This document shows positions 21,920 to 36,520 of a stretch of 64,000 nt of DNA, in pieces (the stretch's first letter is position 1; every line of letters begins with the position of its first letter). Both the position numbers and the translations under genes were made by a program. The notes under the pieces are model-generated. The model saw only the letters and a program-made list of their open reading frames with translations. It searched no databases and was not told the origin of the DNA. Source of the stretch: Octopus vulgaris (taxonomy: Eukaryota); the NCBI GenBank assembly GCA_951406725.2, contig OX597826.1, positions 20,274,001 through 20,338,000 on the forward strand, read 5' to 3'.

Positions 21920-24900
21920 CAGTAAACAATATTTCAATTTCGCTTCTGTAAATTTCCTATTTCTTTGAAAATATTCCATATTTCTCCCCATTTACCATAT
22001 ATTTATATCTCTATGACACAACACACACATGTACATATATATATATATATGTGTATTTATTATGGTCAAGTCAGTGTCAGTGGACAGGGTCTTTAAGCAA
22101 AAACATCTCAACTATGGTATTAAGCACTTTTTTTTTCAATAGCCAACATTAAATGAATTATATATATATATAAATATATATATATAGCAATAGTATAAGA
22201 TGTGGATTCTGAGAATTGTGTGGCAATCACATAAAGCTCTTCTTACAGATTCAGCTATCAGAATACACAGTAATCCACAATAGAGAAGTGTAAAGCAGAG
22301 TGTCCATACAACTGAAATCCAGAAGATCCAGTTAGTGAAATTATTTCATGAGGAGTATATAGACCATAAAAAAAATCAGGATATATGAGAGGTGAATATA
22401 TTTAATCACTTGTAAAAACTGTAAAGACCCCCTTTGGTCATGAATGACCATGGGATTGCACCTAAAAAGTTCCCTTCTAAGGTACAAGTCCAGGCCAGTA
22501 GTCATCCATGCATACCAGATTCCTCTCTGCACACCACCGATGTTATCCAAGGGAAAGGCAAAGGCTGAGACAGCTTGGCACCACTCACATTGCAACTCAC
22601 TTCTACAGACGACTGAACTGTTCAAGAACACAACACACAGCCCAGTCCGGGAATCAAACTCACCACATCATTGTGAGCTCAACACTCTAGCCACTGAGCC
22701 ATGCGCCTTCACATAACCCTTGTAATCTTTAGGATTATGACCATTTTGCTGCCTTCTTCAGTGGAAGAAATTATAAGCACCACACGTTTGCATCAATATT
22801 TATGCTCAGCATTATACACAACAATTGCAGATTCACAAATCAATGCTGACAAAGAAAGCTAGTTTATCCCACCACTGGAATATCAAGGATGCACCGACAG
22901 TTTGACTTAAATCTATTCTGGTGCTCTGAGGAACTAGCTTTCTTTTATTTGCATTGAATTGCAAATGTACAACTCTATTGTATAATGCTAAGCATGCATC
23001 GTAAAGCGAATATGTAAGCATAAGTTCTTTCACAATTAAATTATTACTATATGAAAAAGAGTGCAAAACAGCTGTAATCCTATGTAAATCATGTGGTGAA
23101 ATAAATTCTATTCACCTCTCATACTTTCTGACTTTTATGGTGTAAAGTGCTCTGTTCATGGCTAACAGTTGTTTTGACTCTTATTTCTAGCAATGTTGCT
23201 GCTGATTTGCACCCTTACACACTTTTAGTGATGATTGTATTTGTGCTTTTTGGTTTTAAATTGCATCAAGGCACTTTAATAATTTATAAATATCTTCATC
23301 ATCATCATCATTTAACGTCTGTTTTCCATGCTGACACTAGTTGGACAGTTTGACTGAGGGCTGGCAAGTCAGATGGCTGCACCAGGCTCCAATCTGATCT
23401 GGCAAAGTTCCTACAGCTGGATGCCCTTCCTAATGCCAACCACTCCGAGAGTGTAGTGGGTGCTTTATATGTGCCACCAGTATGAGGGCCAGTCAGGTGG
23501 TACTGGCATCAACCACGTTTGAATGGTACTTTTTATGTGCCACCAGCATGGGAGCCAGTCAGGTGGCACTGGCAACGACCATGCTTGAATGGTACTTTTT
23601 ATGTACCACCGGCATGGGACCAGTCAGCTAGATACATATATGCTTCAGGCTCGTGCCATCAGTAATTACTCAGAGTAGGCAGTTGGTGATGTTTGTGTAG
23701 TAAAACACCAAAAAAAAAGAAGCACAACACAGGTGCATGACTAAGTTGCAGGTAGATTTACTTCTGCCTTTATAGCGTGTAAAGAAAACGTTGCAGGAAT
23801 GTATGCAGCATGTGTACTACAACAGTCCTGTGTATAGTTTTAATACTGAGATTGAAAAGCAGGGCTAAGTTATACCTAATCTATAAAAAAATAAAATATT
23901 GTATTTTATGCATAGTAATCAGAGTAACCTTCATAATTTTATTGAATTAGGTGTATATTTTGCCATATAAGGAAAAATATTACTATCAGTCTATTCAGGG
24001 TAAACACTGCCTACCTTGCCTACCTAGGCAGCACGTCCCTGATATATATACATATATATATATATTGTGCATGTATCTTTTAGCTTTTACTTGTTTTAGT
24101 CATTAGATTGTGGCCATGCAGGGGCACTGCCTTCAAGAATCTTTGTTGAACAAATCAATCCCAGTACTTACTTTTTTAAAGCTTGGTACATATTTTGTTG
24201 ATCTTTTTGTCGAACTGTTAAGTTATGGGAATGTAAACACGCCCAAACTGGTTGTCAAGTGGTGGTAGGGGACAAACACAAACAGAAAGACACACACACA
24301 CACCTGAGTCGGGCTTCTTTTAGTTTCCGTCCATCAAATCCACTCACAAGGCTTCGATCACCCTGGGGCTATAGTAGAAGACACTTGCCCAAGATGCCAC
24401 ACAGTGGGACTGAACCCAGAACTATGGAGTTGGGAAGCAAACTGCTTGCCACACAGCCATATATATATCTAAATGCAGAGATAAACTATCAGCCAGATTC
24501 AAAGATAGAACCCGAAAACTCATCGTCACGATCAATGAATCGATTAAAGAATACGCACACCCGGGGTTTAGGGTCAGGGTTTTTCCTAACACCAAAAACA
24601 GGTGGTGTACGTATTCTTTACCTTCGCCTTTAAAAAAAAAAATAAAGTAAATAAGAGGACTTTATCAGGAGCCAAAACTTGTTTTAGGAATGGATCAGCA
24701 AAAGAAGACAATGTTTACTGATTGATGCGAAGAAAGGATATTACGTGGTACAGACGGGGGAAATAAGGGAACCAAATAAATCTAACGTAATTAATAGGTT
24801 CGACTTAATTAGAACGTTATGCCTATTAATTAGTATCTGGATAATTACGGCTTTAGAAACTTTATATGATAAATAATAAAGTTATGTAAAAAAAAAATAC

Positions 24901-25619
24901 AAATATGAATACGGTGAAACGAGGGTGTGTATGTGGTGGAAGAAAATGTTAGAAATAGCAAATAACTTTCATATTAAATAAAGTTTAGTATGTTAAACGG
25001 GGGGAAGGACACTTGGCATAACATAGTCCTAGACACTCTGACCAGACGGGATGGTCGCAGTTGGAAATGCTTTAGTTTGTGCTTAGACAACAATGACATA
25101 CTGCTAGTATATAACAATCGTTTTCTATACATGAAATACAACAAAAGAAAAAAAGTTACATTTCTGGTACTTTAGATATTGCTAAATAAAAATAAATTAT
25201 TTTCTACAAAAACATGAAATGAAAGAATTTACCAATTCCAAAACACGTGCAGAGTGTGAGATTTGTCTTCCTTGGTTACCGGTGTAATGTTCCCTCACAA
25301 ATAAATTTCCACCTCAAACCTGTTACTTGAAAATTTCATTCGTAACTTTCTAATCTGTTGAACATCAAAACTCGCCCCGAATCAACTCATCGAGCATTAA
25401 AAAAAGCTTCTCGTATTTTAAAACTACATTGAATTTAAATCAATAAATGGTATTTTTTCTTAAGTATAAAAAAATAACACCAAAACAAATGTAATTTGAA
25501 AAATTCAATACGAAACTTGAACTAAAACAATTAAAAGCAAAACTTAAAGCTGAATATTCATTAAAAGCGATGCCGATATATTGACCAAAATTACATAGAA
25601 ATATCTTGAAATACTAAAG

Positions 25620-26270
25620 AGTACATTTATTCAATAAAATCGTCTTTTGCTTTAACCACAGACGACTTTTGATTCTCCTGCTACTCTTCTGGGTGATCTC
25701 CTTGTTTAAGTTGGTGAATGCTGCCATAATCCTTGCCTTCAGTTCCTCTTTGGTGTTACAAAGAGTTTTGTTGGGCTCCCGCTCAACTGTGCCCCCTACA
25801 TAATAATGAAAGGGGTTGCAGTCTAGGAAGTTAGGTGGTCAGATGTTAGAATTGTCTGACAGCCACGACTGGGTTCTCTTGTTTGTGTGGCTACCTCCTC
25901 CAGGCACTTGACTCTGTATTGAGTCTGAGGCCGTGTGAAAAGACGAATGGAGGCATAATGTCACCATCACCAGTGATCACTCCAAACACGATGATGTCGA
26001 CTGGATGTTTGATTTCTATCACTCTCGGTACACGTCCTCAGGTTGACATCCAAACACTCTGAAATGTTCGTATTGGAGCTTCCGGCACAAATTCCAAGCG
26101 GCACAACATGTCGTTTCCAAATGTCTGGCCTAGTGAATTGCATCATGGTGCTATTTTTCTCGTAGACACTGCCCAACTGACCACACTATATTGTGTCGTT
26201 GACAAAACCAAAAAACAAACAATGCGCATGCACGAATTATGAAATGGCAGCAATTTAACCATTGCACCTT
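25620..26270 (-). mobile_element. Internally deleted copy of the DD37D (maT) element found at 62080-63227
   Basis: Shares the segments aaacatccagtc.acatc.tg, ctgcaacccc, ccaaagaggaactgaaggcaaggattatggcagcattcaccaacttaaacaaggag. Confidence 0.75.
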
Positions 26271-28145
26271 ATATGCGTGTGTGTGCGCGTGAGTGTGTGT
26301 CTGTGTTTGTCCCTCACAACCACTTGGCAACTGGTGTTGGTGTGTTTATATCCCCAGTAACTTTGCAGTTTGGCAAAAGAGACTGATAAAATAAAAAGTA
26401 TCAGGCTTAAAAAGAAAGTTGAGTACTGGGGGTCAAACTGCTTGAAAATTCCTCAAGGCAGTGCTGCCCCAGCATGGTCGCAGACTTATGACTGAAACAA
26501 GTAAAAGATAAAACTGATGTTGAAAAGACTTCTTTAGCAAGTTTTTGCATAAAGCAGTAACAGAACGGAAGAATCTGAACACAAAATTCTAGGTTTCAAC
26601 AATTTCTTTTGTCTGTTGGAAAGTAGTGGACAGAGAATCTTGCAGTATTGGCTGTGGTTCTCTTTGTTCTGAGTTCAAACCAAACTGAGGTAAAATTTGT
26701 CATCTATCCACTCAGGCACTGATAAATAAAGAACCAACCCAGAACAATAGTTTTGTGGAGTTCTAAGAGTGTTGCAGTGGATATCTTTCCATATCTGTTT
26801 TAGTTCTTTGCATTGTATTCCTATAATAACAGGGGTGCTAAACTGTAAAGGTCTTGGCTGTTTCCTTGGGTAACACCGATGGCATTGGAGAGGGCAGATT
26901 TGCCGATAACTGTCAGTCATTCATCCATAATCTTATCCGGGCCTCTACAGCCAAACCTGCAAGTCTTCAGGTGCTGATTCCTGATCTCACAAAGACATAC
27001 GAAACTCCCAAATATATTTATTGGTCATAGGAATTAAGAGACAAAAACAAATAGCAACCAATATTTGACTTGGAGCCCAGGCAGTAAGGGAGCAGAATTG
27101 GCACCATGCCAGATGCTGAGTTCAAATGTTGCTGACGATGCCTCAGCCTTTCATCCATCCCGGATTGATAAGTACCAATTAGACAGAATTCCTCTGAAAT
27201 TGCTGGACTTGTACCTAAAGTTGAAGCTGATATTTGACTTAGTGTATAAGTTTCAGCATTTTTTATTAGGATCAGCACAGACCAGTAATTAATTGAAGTT
27301 TTATTTTTCTTCAAGATGTCTTATTTTTAATCAGAGAGAAATTAATTTACAAAAAATAAATCAAACAGAAAATCTTTAAAATATGTAAAACGATTAGCAA
27401 AATAAACCTGAAAATTGTCAATAAGAATTTTATAGAATTCCACTAAATCTGTAGAGTGTATTCAGAATGCCAGGAATTAAACAAAGAATTTATTTTAAAC
27501 TGCCAGAAGAGACTGTTTCAAGTGACCCAACCAAGGGTAAGAGGGTCCACTGATTTTTATGGGGTCCTCAAAGAATTCTTTTATATGTGACAAGTTCGTT
27601 TTGGGACCAGTATTGCATGATCAGATATTGTTATTGTTTAGCCCCAGATCATCTCAAGCTTGAACAAATCTATGATCAAAAGCATTCCTGCCATGACCCT
27701 CATGCATTTTTACGTATCAGAGACTACACGGTCCAAAACACTCTTCCTTTCATTAAGGTAATAGGGTGTGATTTAAAGGTGATTTGGCTGTTATTTCTAG
27801 CAAATTGGCTGACACTATAAAGACACCCTCATTGTTTGTTGTGTTCCTCTATTTACACACCAGTGTATCATTATTTCAACAAACTACCTCGTTAGTGATT
27901 AAATGAGCCTTACTCTAAGAAGTTTAACAGCAACCTACATTCACTCAAAATGTCGCTAGTGTGGAGTAAAAATGATAATAATTAAAATGTTATCCATCAA
28001 AACCATTTAGCCATGGTTATTTCAATGCGATTGAATTTCAGTTGAAGTCAAACAGTTTTCCTTCCAATTAAAACCTCATAACACTTCCCTTCTACAAGGA
28101 ATGGCCAAATATTTTAACAATCCTCTCCATTGTATCCTGTCTCTT

Positions 28146-28147
<2 letters not shown>

Positions 28148-28192
<45 letters not shown>

Positions 28193-28550
28193 GTCAAGGT
28201 CAAGTAGAATATAACTGGTTTTGGCATATATATATATATATATGTGTATATAGATAGATAGATAGATAGATAAAGAGAGAGAGAGAGAGCTATATGCCAT
28301 AACTAGTAATATACTGCTTGATAATATAATGTGTGTGTATATATATGTATATGCATGCATATATATATATGCAAATATATAGACATACATATGTATATAC
28401 ACATATATAGACATAAATATGTATGCGTATGTATATATATACACATATGCATACATATAAATATTTGTATAGATATGTATATATACATGTATGCATATAT
28501 AGATACATGTATATATACTTATATACGCACACACACACATGTATCCATAG
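28148..28550. repeat. Compound (CA)n/(TA)n/(GA)n microsatellite field
   Basis: Direct inspection. Confidence 0.85.
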
Positions 28551-30149
28551 ACACATAAACAACATATTCTCTTCCAATACAACGGTCAGAAGACATACTG
28601 ACCATTCTACCAAATAAGCACCAAATATCACAACCAACCCACCCCCACCTCTATTGCTATTTTGCTGTTCGTACTGCTTCAGGATAGAAACTTCTTACAA
28701 GCAATAAACATTCTATTTTGGAGAATTCAGGAAGATTACCATTTTCCTTCAAACATTCCAAAACTAACTGAACCATTGAAATAGCCACTTTGAAATACTA
28801 TTATCAATTAAGGAAATATCATTGTCAATTCACGCAAATGAAGAACTAAGTATATGCCCCACTACCACCACCACATTTAAAGGATGTCTTCCTTTCATTT
28901 GTTTTATGTCTGTTTTTCTATGTTGGCATGAGTTAGGTGACTGTATTATTAAGGCATTCTTTTACACTGGGGCGCTCTTCCTGTTGCTAACCATTAAACT
29001 GTTTTTCAAGTTAGCGACCTCTAATTTCATTAGTCTTCAACACCATGAAGTGAGTTGAGGATTTACTGACGGAAGTGACTGCTCATAGTCTGCAACCTTC
29101 AAAGAGCATAAATGAAAACACACGCACACACATACACACACGTGCACACACAAACGCATGCACACACACAAAGTTTCGTTTATCTTTCAGTATATTTTAA
29201 AACTAAGACTGAATGTTTATTAAAATTAAAGTTTAAGTTTTCATAGAAAAGTTTGATGAGAAAATGTAGTCTACTGAGAAGAGAACATGAACTCGTTTGT
29301 GACCATATTTCTGTTGAAATACATTGTTGTAGTTTCAATAAATTTAGAAAATAATGAAGAATTTTGTAAAATAGCAATCAGTAATTCTTGTGTACGGCCA
29401 ACAAGTGGAAGGATATCACAGTAAAAGAAGACCTGTCATTAGGTAGAAGGATAAATTGAAGCAATCCCTAAAATCTCAACAGCTTAACTTGGACATCTTG
29501 GGAAAGTCATTGCCTAGATCGATCCACATGGTGTAAAATGTGTCACGAGGCATTGAAACAATTTTGAGTTGAAGAAAAAGAATAATAGAAGAACTCTATC
29601 CTGCAACTAACAGACACTCTTACCCAATCCCAGGCAAAATCAAAATCCTCAATGTTCCCATTGCGACTTCATAGCAAAATCCATTCCTGGACTCAAATTT
29701 CATTCACACATCCATCGCAAACTGATGCAGCTTCTTAATGTTTTTTTGTTTGTTTTTTGGTTGTTTTCGTCCTTTCTATTACTTTCTTTAACCTTAAGCC
29801 CCTTCCTTCAAACACTCAAAACCGACAGGAGTGACCATCATTAAGCTAATGTTTGGAACATAAATTAAAATGAAATTTTGATGACAACTTAGATTATTTT
29901 AAAATAAGGAGTTTGTATGAAAAAAAAAACCAAGTGCAGTTTCAGAGGGGTTTGTTTTAAGCGGGTTTGCTTCTATGAAGTAAAAGACAGCTGCATAAGA
30001 TGAAAATATATATTTTGTATTATAATACATCCTATTTCTCATACTTACATGGACTAGCATCTAGTCTGTGGGGCTGTAACCCCTAAATATGAGGTGATTT
30101 AGACTGTGACAACCTTTCCAAATTATGCCAGCATAGAAAGCAGATGTGA

Positions 30150-30285
30150 AATGATGAAGATAGCAATGGTAGTGATGATAACGATGATGATGGTGACGAT
30201 GATGATGGTGGTGGTGATGATGATGATGACAATGACGATGATGACGATGACGATGATGACGATGACGATGATGACGATGATGACT
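30150..30285. repeat. (GAT/GAC)n trinucleotide repeat
   Basis: Direct inspection. Confidence 0.9.
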
Positions 30286-33200
30286 GTAATCAGTTTAACT
30301 AAAATGCATTGCCTTAGCAATTAGAATTCTATTGCAATTAACCCAATTTGCATAGCAGGGGTTGAAGAATTACAAGATGTCATTAAGTCACCAATAAAGT
30401 AGACACTTCTGAACCAAATAAACAGACAAAAACATAAATATTTTTTTTTTACTTTGAATACATTTTGTGTCCCCATAAATTAATGCTCCACAATTTCCAA
30501 ACTACTTTTTTCATGGGTGAGTATCAAGAGTTTGACTTAATCTCTCTGAAATTTTGAATGTCTTTTGATATTCTTCAGTTATTCCAAGTTAACCAAATTT
30601 ATATGTCTTGGTCTTTTATCTGTGGAAGATGCATAGGACCCATAAAAGCTACAGATACTCAGGAAATTGATTCTCTCAAATGCCTCATGAGATGATGGTG
30701 GATGTAGACAGTGGATGCAGCTATTATAAGAGGGAGACCCAGGAAGACATGGGACAAAATAATGAAGGTCAATCTTAAGACAGTGAGCCTTACGAAGGAG
30801 ATGATAAAAAACTGAGATGTCTGGCACTTGTTGCACTCAAAAAGACCTGCCCACCACAGCAGAATTATTAATGCAACCCTCTAAGTTGAAGAGGTTTTTG
30901 GCCTTGAAGAGCCCTTGTGTCTGACCATGTGAAAAGCAGCCATGCTGGTTCACATAAAAGGAACCCAACATACTTTATAAAGGGGTTGGCATTAGGAAAG
31001 GCGTCTAGCCATAGAAAATGTTCCAAATGAGATTGGAGCCTAGTGCATCTCTCCAGCTGGTCAAACCATCCAATCCATGCCAGCATGGAAAATGGACATT
31101 AAATGATGATGATGATAATGATGATGATTGACACATTTAAAATTACTCCAAGACAAAATGAAGATCATACAGATGAAAACAAGTTTGATTATGTCAATAA
31201 CCGGTTAATGAAGTTTATAAAGAAAATAACATTACTCAACTGAAAATTATATTTTTACAAATTTTTATTAATAATGAATATCATTTATTGAAAGCTTTCA
31301 ATACATAATTAAACAATAAAAAAAAGTTACAAAATACACTGGAATCGAAACTCCAGGTGTCTTTAATACATTGGAATGGTATAAATAAATTGAATAGATT
31401 TGACTTGTTTCACATTGTTTGTAAACATGAAGTATTGATGGCTGTCACTTTAACTCATCATAAAAGACTTCCCAATCATGGTTTGGCACTACCGTCTGGC
31501 ACTTAAGATGTCTTTATTGGGGTTCACTCTGCTGGAAACATTCAGACCAGGCCAGGTCCCTAGTCAGAGTGTGTCAAGACCTTCCACTTTTCTCCTTTTC
31601 TCTCATACATCTTAAAAAACCTGCAAAAAATTGCCTCTCACTAAACACTAATTAAAGAAAAAGAATAATTACCTTCGTTACTCTGAATACAATTAAGTAC
31701 AATTTAATAGGTTTAATTAATATATGAAGTTATTTATTCATAAAAATGATTACAATTTTACAGAGATGAATTGTTTTTAATCAATCTGTGAGCAAAATGA
31801 GCCAGAATTTTAAAGGATTCTTTTGTTACAATTAATGAACGAGAATATTTATTATGAGAATACTTACAATGATTTTCATCAATAGTCATGCAGTCTCAGG
31901 CTTATAGAAGCAATTGCTGTGGTTGTGATGTTCATGCATTTTTGCAAAAGCATTGCATTAGCAATATAAAGTAAATTGATTTGATTCTAGCTAGGAATGA
32001 AAAACCAAAATATAGTTTATGCGTCCAAAGAATTTTGGGGTGGGGGTGGGGGTGGGGGACTCTAGTCACCACCCCTCATGGGACAACCTCTCTAGTGCTG
32101 GTAAAAGACATTCAGTCCACACTTTGAGACAAACACTACAACAAAGTTGGCCGGTTTCTTCTGTTGCTGAATGCGTAAAATGATGATAATGATGATGATG
32201 GTAGTAATGTGCACACACACACACACACACACATCTCCAGCTTTCAGATGCAGATAATAAACACATAACAAGCCAAATTCTAGCAAAAAGTCTCTTCTTC
32301 TGGGTCAGGAGCAAAACTTAAGAGTTGCTGTCGTTAACACTGGCACGATGAAAGGTAAGTGTGGGGAGATGGAGAAGCTGCAAGGGTAGAGAAGATGAGT
32401 GGATGAGGAGTGAGTAGAAGAGATAAGATGAAGGAGATTTTCAGTTGGAGTCTTCACAGGATAGAACCATGGACACAAATTCTTCTGGGTTGGTAAGAAG
32501 AGTGAAGTCAGTCAAGTTGTTGGAAGAGAAAGGGACAAAGTAATTAAGGTAATTAAAGTATGTGAGAGAAGAATAATTAAGACTAATCATAGGAAATACA
32601 ACAGCAACAGTTATTTCTAAATAGGCCACACAATCTGGAATTAACAGATGAGAAAAAAAAAGATTGTTTCTTTGAGGTTCTCTTGCAGGCAGGCATTACA
32701 ACAACAGATGACAGCAATCTCTTTATTATGGCTGAGTACTTTAAGTGATATGTTGGGTGACACCATGAAAGTTTTTCTCATGTATATGGAAGATATGGAG
32801 ATGGTACACAAAATGAAGAACAATCAAATGACCTGTCCAATACCTTCAGGAAACTGTCAGATACTTGACCACCTACCTCTCAGGTGAACATGCAGGTGAA
32901 AAGTTCCATTAAATATAGATGAGCAACATCAGAATAAGAGCCAGATGGTCTCAAAGACACAAAACAATATGAAATGAATGGTATGTAAGCTGGAAGAACC
33001 TGCAGCCAGATTGTTGAGAAGGAAGGAGGATATAGAGACTTATGAATAGAAGACAGCTGGTGGTGCCTGCCAGACAACCTGCTGTGCCCTGTAGAAGCAA
33101 AGTTCCTGCTAGATGGAAAGCAACTTGGTAGTGAAATAGTAGAATAAACAGAACTCTAAAAGCTAAGAGAGAAGCAGAGAAAGAATTGAAAAAAGTGCAA

Positions 33201-33439
33201 GTAACAAAGATGATGTTCGTAAAGGAGAAGCTAGAATCAGGTCAACTCAGCAAGAGCAGAGAGGAAAGTCAGAGTAATGTTCTGAGATGAGAAGAGATGT
33301 GAGGTACAAAGCAGTATGGCAAAGTAAATGAGGGTACTGTTGGTGTAAAGTGTTTAATGATAGCAGCATTCTTGCCCTCATTGATGTCAAGAAGAAAGAA
33401 GAGAAGTTGTTAAATAGGGAGAGCATTTAGATGAGAGTA

Positions 33440-35090
33440 GGACCACAGCATGTAGAAGAAAAAGCTGTTGAAATTGAAAGCTCAACAGTCAAAATGGCCA
33501 TTAAAGATATGAAAATAGTGAAAGCAGTGAGTGATAATTGCTAAAATGGTGGAAATATTTAGCAAAGTATGAGATGCACTAATTACTCACCTATTCAATC
33601 TGGTGGTAGATGTAAGGGTCATTGTCAGTTACTGGTGTAGCTGTATCATCATCATCAACAACAACAACAACTACAAGGGTAAAGGAGATGCTTTAAAGAG
33701 AAGCAACTTTAGAAATATCAAATGAATGGACCAAGTTATGAAAGTAATGGCAGAAGAGTCTTAACAGAATCGACGAAGGGAGAAAATTAAGTTTGATGGG
33801 ACCAGAGTTCAGATTTGTGTCTGGCTGGGAGACCTGTAATGTCCTCTTTCAATTAAAACAATAATGGGAGAAGTTTTTAACAAAGAACAAGCCTTTATAC
33901 CTAGCATTTGTTGATGGGGAAATGATCTTTTAATGGGATTCATGCTCTGTAGTAGGGCTGGTTGTCCCCAAGAAAACTAGACACAGGTAAAAAGTATGTG
34001 AGAGCTGTGCAAAGTTTGTATGGAGAGGCTGAGAGAAAGGTAAGAGATGGTAATGAGTTGAAGGAAGAATTTATCATGCAGGAACATGTCTCTGTCTCTT
34101 CTTATAGTTCTTCAGACCATAACAAAGGAATTTAAGATTGGCTCTCTGTGGGAAGTTTTGTTTGTCACAAATTTAAACGTCATGCCTGAATCTGTTGAAA
34201 AATTATAGAAGAAATCACTAATATGGAAACAATGCCGAGTCTTGAAGTAAACAAAGCAAAGACAAAAGTTAAAGATAGCAGGAAATAAGATAGAACTCTG
34301 GTGATATCCGGGAAGGGGCCTTGCTTGACACCTTGAAGAATAAGCAGGAAGGGATGTCATTTGGTGTATATAAAGTATGGATGCTCAAGAGGAATAGCAG
34401 GGACACAAGTAGACTCCTTTCAGAGCAGAAAAACATTGTATGTTAAAGATGTGCAGAAGTGAGAACAACCATAAAATAAATTCTTTCAAATACTTAGAGC
34501 CTTCCATAGAAGTAGTTGATAACTTCTATTACCTACATGACCTAATTAGCAGCAAAGTAGGGTGTTTCAAAAGCCTAGTAATCAGATAAGAACAAAAACC
34601 ATTTCTGGCAGCAACCGAGGAATTGTGTCTCCAAGTGAAAGATGGATTGTATCATGCTTGTGCATGGAGTGTGACAGCATATGATGGCAGAACATGGACA
34701 TTGAACGCAAAGGCTGGGAGGCAGTGTGCTGGGCATGTTCTGTGAGTTGTGGAATGTCAGAACCAGAACCGATGATGAGCATTAAGGCAGAAATGTGCCA
34801 AGAGCAAAAATGGCGTATCAGATGTGGAACTCAAGAGAGAAGATTGAAGAATGTTGTGGTGCAGACATATGATGTGTATGGAGAATGAGAGTTTGGCAAA
34901 GAATTGCCAAATGATGCAAGTGGAAGGAGCCCGTAGAAGAGAGCAATTAAAGAAAACATGAGAAAAAATTGTAAAAGATGGTTTGTGAAAGATCAAGAAG
35001 GAGAACAAAGATGGTTAGAAATGATAAGAAGCTGTGTGGGAAAGGATTTTTCAAACTCAAGCAAGCTTAGTAAAATAGATGTAAATGAAA
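33440..35090 (+). mobile_element. Highly decayed RTE LINE fragment
   Basis: Colinear similarity to 60140-61640 (ctacaagggtaaaggagatgctttaaa, cctagcatttgttga, gtagttgataacttc.attaccta). Confidence 0.65.
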
Positions 35091-35098
35091 GATGAATA

Positions 35099-35099
<1 letters not shown>

Positions 35100-35134
<35 letters not shown>

Positions 35135-35234
35135 AGTTTAAATTTGATATTAGAAAATATGTTACATAATTATATTAATGTGTACTTTCACATACTGAGT
35201 TCTGTAATTAATCACTTTATAGTGAATCAATCAT

Positions 35235-35267
<33 letters not shown>

Positions 35268-35375
35268 TACATATATGCATATACACACACACACACACAT
35301 ATATATATGTATATACATACAAACATATATGCATATACATAAATACATATATATATATATATATATGTATAGACA

Positions 35376-35407
<32 letters not shown>

Positions 35408-35849
35408 CATACACACACACACACATAAATAAAAAAAATGGAACAAGAACGCAACAGATGACAGTAAAACATCCAGACAGATAGACGATGCAAAGATGAG
35501 CAGGAGAAACAATAAAAAGACAGATGGGAAAAAACAAGGATGGGTCATTCGCAGCCTCCTCTCATCAGTCAAGTTTCCAGATCATCCTCACAGTTTCAAC
35601 CGGTTACACTTGAGACTGTTCAAATCTGGCTGGCCCCAAAAATCTAAGCTAAGGGCAGTAAATTTTGGGGGAGAAAGCAAGCAAATGTGTATGACAACAA
35701 TGACAAAAAAAAAGGATGGAGAAAATGTTACACAATTACAAATACAAGCCACAAGAAAATAACAACAGGTGTCCTTTGACTAATAAAGACGAATCAAGTT
35801 GAACTGGTGTGTGTAGAGTGAAATCCTTGAGGCAGGAACATAGGAGATG

Positions 35850-35933
<84 letters not shown>

Positions 35934-36075
35934 TATATATACATATATACACACACATATATATACATACACACATATATATATTTATATACACATGCAC
36001 ACACACACACTCACACACACACACATGCATGTATGTCTGTATGAGAGTGTGTGTATGTGTGTGTATATAAATACC
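35100..36075. repeat. (TA)n/(CA)n microsatellite fields downstream of the PLPP stop codon
   Basis: Direct inspection (35100-35430 and 35850-36070). Confidence 0.8.
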
Positions 36076-36251
36076 CACATTCTTGACAGTAACGTTGAAG
36101 TGTCACTAGTGGTTGGCATAATTGGACTGCCGAAGCTAACCATGATGGAACGTTACGGTCACCATCAATCGTTTTCTGAAATTTTAAAATGTCTGACTTT
36201 ACGCTTTTAGTTTTAGTGTTCACAGTCTTTATGGTAATAAAAACAGTCTTA

Positions 36252-36286
<35 letters not shown>

Positions 36287-36388
36287 CTCTGTGCAAACGT
36301 CTTCTTTGTTCCTTCCATTATATTTGCATTTCATTCTTTCTCTCTCTTTCTCTCTCTTTCTCTCTCTCTCTCTCTTTCTCTCTGTATT

Positions 36389-36520
36389 TCAAGCCATTGT
36401 CAAAGCCGTACATTCATATTGATCCTTTTCGTTTTTTTCGTTCTTTTCCTTCTTTTCTTTCTTCTCTGTCCCCCTTTTCACTTTTTGTTGATTTAAGCTG
36501 GGACAAGTAATTTTGGTGAA
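36389..36520 (-). CDS. PLPP terminal coding exon
   Basis: ctttcag|FTKITCPSLNQQKVKRGTEKKEKKEKNEKNEKDQYECTALTMA-TGA; phase 0 matches the previous exon. Confidence 0.75.
   Translation of the reverse strand, partial: FTKITCPSLNQQKVKRGTEKKEKKEKNEKNEKDQYECTALTMA

Noticed and set aside
30106-30324. Met/Thr-rich ORF
   Set aside because: Trinucleotide microsatellite artefact.
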